This document shows, piece after piece, positions 56,940 through 64,000 of a stretch of 64,000 nucleotides of DNA. The position numbers were made by a program, and so were the translations under genes. Position 1 is the stretch's first letter, and each line of letters begins with the position of its first letter. A model generated the notes under the pieces. The model was not told the origin of the DNA. It saw nothing but the letters and a program-made list of their open reading frames with translations, and did not search any database. Origin of the DNA: the human T2T-CHM13v2.0 reference genome, Homo sapiens; assembly GCF_009914755.1 (NCBI RefSeq), contig NC_060930.1. One strand, 5' to 3'.

Positions 56940-57120
56940 AGTACTTAAAGAAGTTGTCATAAACACAGGCATTCGTCATAAGCCTATGAGGCAGGTATAC
57001 TCTTATGCTCATTTTACCAACAAGTAAATCGAGGCACAGAGGAAATAACTTGCTGATGGCAGAGATGGGATACAAATCCAGATAGCCTTGTCCCCCAGGC
57101 TCTCTATCTACCTACTGCAT
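56940..57120 (-). mobile_element. MIR
   Basis: CCTATGAGGCAGGTATACTCTTATGCTCATTTTAC...GAGGCACAGAGG...GGGATACAAATCCAG. Confidence 0.7.
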
Positions 57121-57225
57121 ATTTCCCCTCTGCATGACCTTGGGTCACCTCTTCCCTTGTACCTCTAAAAAGTTGATTCTTCCTAAAGTGGATTTGGATT
57201 TATATATGTAATTAGGATTCTAAAG

Positions 57226-57430
57226 TAGATGTTGGCAAACTTCCTGTAAATGGCCAGATAATAAGTATTTTAGGCTTTACAAATCAAGCGGTCTCTCTCA
57301 AAACTCTGCCACTGTAGTATGAAAGCAGCCATGGAAAGCAAATTGACATTAGGTTCCAAATAAAACCTTTATTTACAAAAACAGGCAGTGGGCTGGATTT
57401 GACTAGCAGGCTGTAGTTTGTCAACCCATG
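57226..57430. mobile_element. MER58A (hAT-Charlie non-autonomous DNA transposon)
   Basis: Terminal inverted repeats GTTGGCAAACT / AGTTTGTCAAC; internal CTGTAAATGGCCAGATAATAAGTATTTTAGGCTTT and TGCCACTGTAGTATGAAAGCAGCCAT. Confidence 0.85.
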
Positions 57431-59626
57431 TGCAAACTATCATATGTAATAATGGAATGATTCGGCTAGCTTTAGCAAGAACAAATTTAGGAATATTCAA
57501 CATCATTGTGATAGAAGAGATCTTGACACATCAGACTTTCATGTTTTCTGCCTTCACAACTACATTATTTGGGACATATGATGTCTGACTGACTCTTGGT
57601 TTCTAGGAAGAAAGACTATATAGATTCAAACACCAAATTAATCCCTGTCAGTTTTTATAAGTTCAAGACAGGTGCACATTTGCACTCATTGCTGTATTTC
57701 AAAAAGCTATAGTCTGGTAACCAAATCATGATTAGGCTATCAGGATAGTTCACTCAACTCTATCAGATGCATGTTATGGTAAAAATACTACTCATGTGCA
57801 ATAATATACACACACTCATACACATACATTTCCACAGAAAGAAAATCTTACACATACATATTTTAGTTACATTTGCTAAATAAAATGTAGTAAACTTTTA
57901 TTATCTTTAATAAAAATATAATCTGCAGAAAACATATTTGTACCAAGAACATAGATAATCTCCTCCTTAAGGGAGCTGAGGGGAAAATCTTGTCTAATGT
58001 TTCAATCTCTGTTATAGCTGTATCTATATGATAATTCAAAACAACTTAGACATTTCATTCAGTAAACAGTCTGATATTCTGCTTTATGTCTAGCACTAGA
58101 ACAGAATTTCTGGGGAATATGAATTAAATGATTTTGTCTCTTTCCTTAAGCTGCTTATACTTAATTTTGATATATAACATTCCCAAAGAAAAAATGTTTA
58201 CTAATGATACATATGTTGAATAATAATGCTGGGATTAAATCACAATAATAGCTAAAAAGGAATTAAAAATAAGAATACTATATATGACTATATTATATTT
58301 ACCAGTTGAGGGTTAAGAAACCTTATATAACTTAAGAGGAAGAAGAGAATCCTATGGATTAGAGTACCAGCAACGATCTGGAATTTCATAGTTGTACAGT
58401 TCCTTTACTAAACTTGAAGTGGAGTGACATTATTTGACTGTGATAACTAAAAAGAACAAAAATAGGAAAAATATAATACAAATGGAAAGAAAAATGTAAA
58501 TGTAAATTCCAACACATCAATAATTATGTGAAATGTAAATGGTCTAAACACTCCAATTAAAAGGCATGATATGCCAGATTGGAAAAGGATGGGATAGTTA
58601 GACCCAATTCTATACTGCCTACAATAAAGCCACTTTAAATATAAAGATACGTAGAGATTAAAAGAATATTTTGTAAATCAATGAAAAAAGACTATGCAAA
58701 TCCTAGTAACAACAACAAAAAAGACAAAAACAAACAACAATAAAAAACCCCAGCAACAAAACCAAAAACTTGGAGTGGTTATACTAATATCAAATGAAGT
58801 AGACTTCAGAGCAAAGAATATCACTAGGAACAAAGGCAATCATTTTCTAAGGATAAAACAGTCAATTTATCAAGAAGCTGTCACAATCATAAAAGGTTAT
58901 ATGCCTAATTATTGAGCTTCAAATACAAGAAGCAAAAGCTGATAGAACTGAAAGGAGAAACAGAAAAATCCACAAATTTAATTTCAATATTACTCTCATG
59001 ATAATTGATAAAACAAGTAGCCAGAAATATCAGGAAAGATACAACTTAAACAATAATATAAACCAATTTAATCTAATTGAGATTTATGAAACACCTAATG
59101 AAAAATATACTATACAATCAGGTTAAGTGCACATGAAACTTTACCAAGATAGATAATATTCTGAAACATAAAACATAAAACAAGTTTAAACAAATCTAAA
59201 AGGATTAAAATAATATAAAAAAATGTTCCAACCACAATGATATCATACTAGAAATAAATAACAGAAGCTTACCTGGAAAATTCCAAATTATTTGGAAACT
59301 AAATCACAGATTTCTAAATAACCCATGGTTCAGAGAAAATAACAAAGGTAAATTAGAAAGTGTTTCTAACTAAATGAAAAAATAACATTAAAATTTGTAG
59401 ATGTAACTAAAGCAGTAGTTACAGAGAAATTTTAGTACTAAACACCTGTACTAGGAAAAAAGAAGGTTCTCAAATGAATAACCTTAAGAAACTAGAAAAA
59501 GAGTAAATGAAACTGAAAGTAGAATAAAGGAAATAATAAAGATCAGAATGAAAATCAATAAAACAGAGATCAAAATACAAGATAAAATGGATGCAACTAA
59601 AAGTTGGTTCTTTGAAAACATTAATA

Positions 59627-59893
<267 letters not shown>

Positions 59894-60332
59894 TTAATAA
59901 AATTCATAAACTTCTAGCTAAACTGATCAAGAAAAAAAGAACATACAAGTTACAAATATCAAGAATGTGAGCAGTGACATCAACACAAATTATAGATATT
60001 AAAAAGGATAAGGAACCATCATGAATAACTTGATGTCAATAATTTGACAATTTAGAAGAAATGGAGAAATCCCTTAAATGAAACTACCAAAACTCTCTTA
60101 AGAAGAAATCATTTGAATAGATAGATAGCTATGATATAAATTGAATTTTTAGTTTTGCTTATCACAAAGGTTTCACTGGGGAATTCCATCACACATTTAG
60201 AAAAACATACCATTTTATACACAAACTCTTCCACAAAATAGATGAAAGAGCACTTCAAAACTGATTTTATAAAGCCAGCATTACCCTGCTACCAAAACCA
60301 AAAAAAGAAAACTACGGATAAATATATTTCAT

Positions 60333-60520
60333 GATGAGAACACATGGACACAGAGAGGAATAACACACACTGGGGCCTTTTGGACGGTGGGAGTGTAGGA
60401 GGAGGGAGGGGATTAGCAAAAATAACTAATGGGTACCAGGCTTAATACCTGGATGATGAAATAATCTGTACAAGCTCCGATGACACAAGTTTGCCTATGT
60501 AACAAACCTGCACTTGTACA
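60333..60520 (+). mobile_element. short older L1PA (PA13-16-like) 3'UTR
   Basis: ATGAGAACACATGGACACAGAGAGG...AAAAATAACTAATGGGTACCAGGCTTAATACCTGGATGATGAAATAATCTGTACAA. Confidence 0.85.
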
Positions 60521-60934
60521 GTTGTTTAAAAGATTTTTTAAACTTTTAAAAAAATCCTTCATAAACATAGATATAAAAATACTTAGCAAAATTTTACCAA
60601 ATCAAATCTGACAATACGTAAAAATGATAAAATCATGACCAGGTAGAGTTAATCTTAGGAAAGCAAGAATGGTTGAGCATTCAAAAATCAGCATGTCAAT
60701 ATATAGACAGAAAAAAAGAAAAAAAGGATCATTTTTATATAAAGTATTTGATAAATCACTTCCAAATAAAAAATGTATTCTTGATTTAAAAAAAAAAAAC
60801 AAACTCACACCAAGGTAGGAATAGAAGGGATCTTCCTCTACCTGGTTATGGCATCCCTGGGAAACCTACAGCTAACATATTGCTATGTTAAACTCATTAG
60901 GATAAACTGTCAGTTTTTATTTGTAGTATTTATC

Positions 60935-62045
60935 CTTTTTTGATAAAGCTTTATTGATGTGGAATTTACATATAATAAAATTCACCCATTTTAAGCATAC
61001 ATGTCAAAATGTTTTTAAAAATGTATCCAGTCATGTAGCTATCACTACAATTATGATATACAAGTCCTTTCTTCTATGAAGTCAATCTTCTTTCCTCACC
61101 TGCTGGCCCCTGGAAACCACAAATATTCTTTCTGCCTTTTCTAGAATTTCATATACATGACATCATATAGCATGTACTCTTTTGTGTCCAGCTTATTTCA
61201 CTCACCATAATGCTTTTCAGATTTATCCACGATTTTGTGTGCATCGGTAGCTAGCTGGCTATATTTATTGCTAAATTGTTGTCCATTTTATGGCTGAACC
61301 ACAATTTGTTTATCTATTGATCAGTTGAAAGAAACTTAGGTTGGTTTCCAGTTAGGGCTATTATGAATAAAGCTGTAATTAATCACATTTAAATCTGCAT
61401 ATGGAAATGTATTTTCTTCTGGGTAAATACCTAGAGGGGTTATTACTGAGTCCTCGCTGAGTCATATACTGAGTTAAGCATTTAACTCAAAAAATAACAA
61501 CAACAAAAAAACAAAAACGAAAAACTCAGCTTCCAAAATGGCTATTGTACTTCCTGTTCCTATAAGAGACCATGTGTTCCAATTGCTCCACCTCTTGCCA
61601 GCCATTGAAATTAGGTTTTTGTTTTGTTTTATGTATTTTAGTGTTAGACATTTTAGTGAGTGTGTAGTGGTTATCTCCTTGTGGATTTAATTTGCATTTC
61701 TCTAAAACTAATGGTGATAAGTTTCTTTTTGTGTGCTTGTCAATTGTGTATATTTTCTTTGGTGAAGTGTCTGTTCAGAAATTTTCTATTTTGTTGTTTG
61801 TTCATTCTCTTACTGTTGAGTGGTTAGAAATTTCATATATTCTGAATATAAGGTTCTTTACTAGCTATGTTCTGCAAATCTATTATCTTACAGCTTTTTT
61901 CATTTATTTGAGAGTATATTTTGAGTGCTTTTTTATTTTAAAGAAGTACATAAAATGTAACAATTTTTCTTTTGTGGCTTATACTTTATGTGTAAGAAAT
62001 GCCAGACTAATCAAAGGCCTCAAAGAAATTAGGTATGTTTTATTA
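60935..62045 (-). mobile_element. antisense L1ME/MB 3' region
   Basis: GCTTTATTGATGTGGAATTTACATATAATAAAATTCACCCATTTTAAG; TTAATTTGCATTTCTCTAA; TTCTTTGGTGAAGTGTCTGTTCA. Confidence 0.8.
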
Positions 62046-62219
62046 ACAAATTAGATACTATATTAAAATAATGATTATGTACCATTGCCTTTGGTTTCCA
62101 TTTATTTTTGCATCTCAGATGTCCTCTTGTCATTTTTTTCTTTCTAGACCAATCCTTGAAGATTTTAGCTTTTGGCTCATTTTCAAGCTATTCAAAATAA
62201 TTCCTTGTCACAATTTTGG

Positions 62220-63360
62220 TAACTCCAGTATCCAAAAAGACAATTCTTCCAAAACCAAAACCTCAGCTCCTTGACTTCCTTTATTCACATAATCTCATCT
62301 CTCTTCTTTCCTCTAGTTGTTCATTCTCATGGTCAACCCCTTCTAAAATCTCAATTTTAAGCATTTTACTTAACAATTGTTAGGTCTAATCATTTCACCT
62401 TCCTCTCTGGAGGATTTCAAATCAAATAATCTTTCAATACATAAGAACCTACAATCAATTGATCCTATCAACTTTTCACTGTACCATACATATCCACCCT
62501 CTTGTCTCCACCTTCCTTTTGATCCAGCTTAAACACCACGGTCACAATATTATAAAAATTAACTTGCATATAACATCAACTCCCTTGTGCCCTTCCTTGC
62601 TTACTGTATTCTCTTGGCTTAAGCAAAACTCTGGTTAAACCCAACTCACCACTTACTCCTTGCCAACCCATGCACAGTGTAAGGTAGCTGGAGAAAAACA
62701 TAAAACTTTGCTAACTCATCTCATGACCAGTAAATCACAATAACACTTATTTTCCTATTCCATTCACTCTTTGACAATTATTTCACATACTCTTATCTCC
62801 TAAAAACTACCAAAGCTTTTACTATTCTAATTTTTAGTAGATGACCTTGTTTCCTACATCACTGAGAAAAAAAACCCACAAATGCCTACTCTATGTCTGT
62901 GCCCATTTATTCTGTTTCCCCTTCTGTTACTTTAAATGCAGTGTCCATGCTCCTAGCAAAGGCTAATTCCACTACTTACTCACTAAATCCTATTCCCCTT
63001 ACATCTATTCATGACATTTACTCCAGCTCTTCCTCTCTACCATCAATTTTCCTTCTCTACTGCATCATTTCCATCCAAATATAAACATGTTTCCATTTCA
63101 CATTTCAAAAACAAAACACACTCACAAAAACAAACAAAAAGCATCTTTTGGTCCCCGTCTGCATTAGCTGCCATTCCTATTCCACCCATTACAGCAATAT
63201 TCCTAGAAAGAGCAGTTTCTAAAATCTTTCTTCTCACCGTCATTTAAACCGAATCCAATCAAAACTTTTGCCCTCACTTACTTAATCAAAACTACTCTTA
63301 TCAAGGTCAAGGTCATCACATCCGGAGGTCAATTCACATTGGTCATCTTTATCACTATTT
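62220..63360 (+). mobile_element. L2 fragment
   Basis: AGCTGGAGAAAAACA; GATGACCTTGTTTCCTACATCACTGAGAAAA; AAAACTACTCTTATCAAGGTCA. Confidence 0.75.
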
Positions 63361-64000
63361 TTCCATGGTTTTAAAATTATTCACCTCCCCATGCTGACTG
63401 TGAACTCTTTGAGATGCTGTATATCATTTATTGTGCTATCTTGAATATTTAAAAAAATTCATTATATGTGTAACCCTTAAAATGTATCTGCTTAATGAAC
63501 AAACAACAAAATTTAACATCTGAAAATTGGAAATTCCAATGAGAGCACATCATTATTTACTAATCACAAATTCATGTAGAACCTTGTGTGAAAGTTCAGA
63601 TAAATTTCTGAGGCTTATTTTACCTCCAGTGATACTTTAGGAGAGTATTATGAGGAGATAGAACTAAAAATATGAAATTTTGAAAGCAGATATTCCAATA
63701 TTTTTATATATGAATTTTTTCATAAACCTTTTTACATTATATCATAACATATTTTATTGTAATTGAATCCTATAAAATGTATGAGTTACCCCTCCACAAA
63801 TTAGAAATAAAGTCTAAGGACTTACATTTTAAATAATTAAAAATAAAACCAAGGGGCATGACAGGGTGTGATTGTTCTAAAGGGTACTCTAAAAGTAAGT
63901 ATAGAAATAACTCATAATGATAGCTACACTACCTACTATATTTTACATTTTCTTTCACCAAACAAATTGCTAGGTCATTGTTCATAAGACACTTATATGT

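Overview
AT-rich, repeat-dense primate (human-like) genomic DNA: Alu J/S/Y, L1PA/PB/M, L2, MIR, MaLR, ERV1/ERVL LTRs and one DNA transposon. No intact cellular protein-coding gene is recognisable, and nearly all ORF-track entries are repeat-derived noise. Main features: (1) a 7.26-kb two-LTR class II (HERV-K, most likely HML-7/MER11D) provirus at 27208-34470. It has a tRNA-Lys PBS, an intact Gag matrix domain, a deletion of CA/NC/protease and a decayed pol/env, and it sits in the (TAAA)n tail of an AluY that itself lies in an old L1. (2) An old, highly diverged H2A.Z (H2AZ1) processed pseudogene on the minus strand (~22170-22945), 1.6 kb downstream of a co-oriented solo LTR12 promoter. (3) Two THE1-type MaLR proviruses, one with a ~220-bp copy of its own 3' LTR inside its internal region. 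(4) A short L1PA with a probable 3' transduction. I do not see evidence of a wholly new biological system; the best leads are the LTR12/H2A.Z-retrocopy arrangement and the provirus architecture. Subfamily names come from recalled consensus sequences, not from a search, and boundaries of old repeats are approximate.
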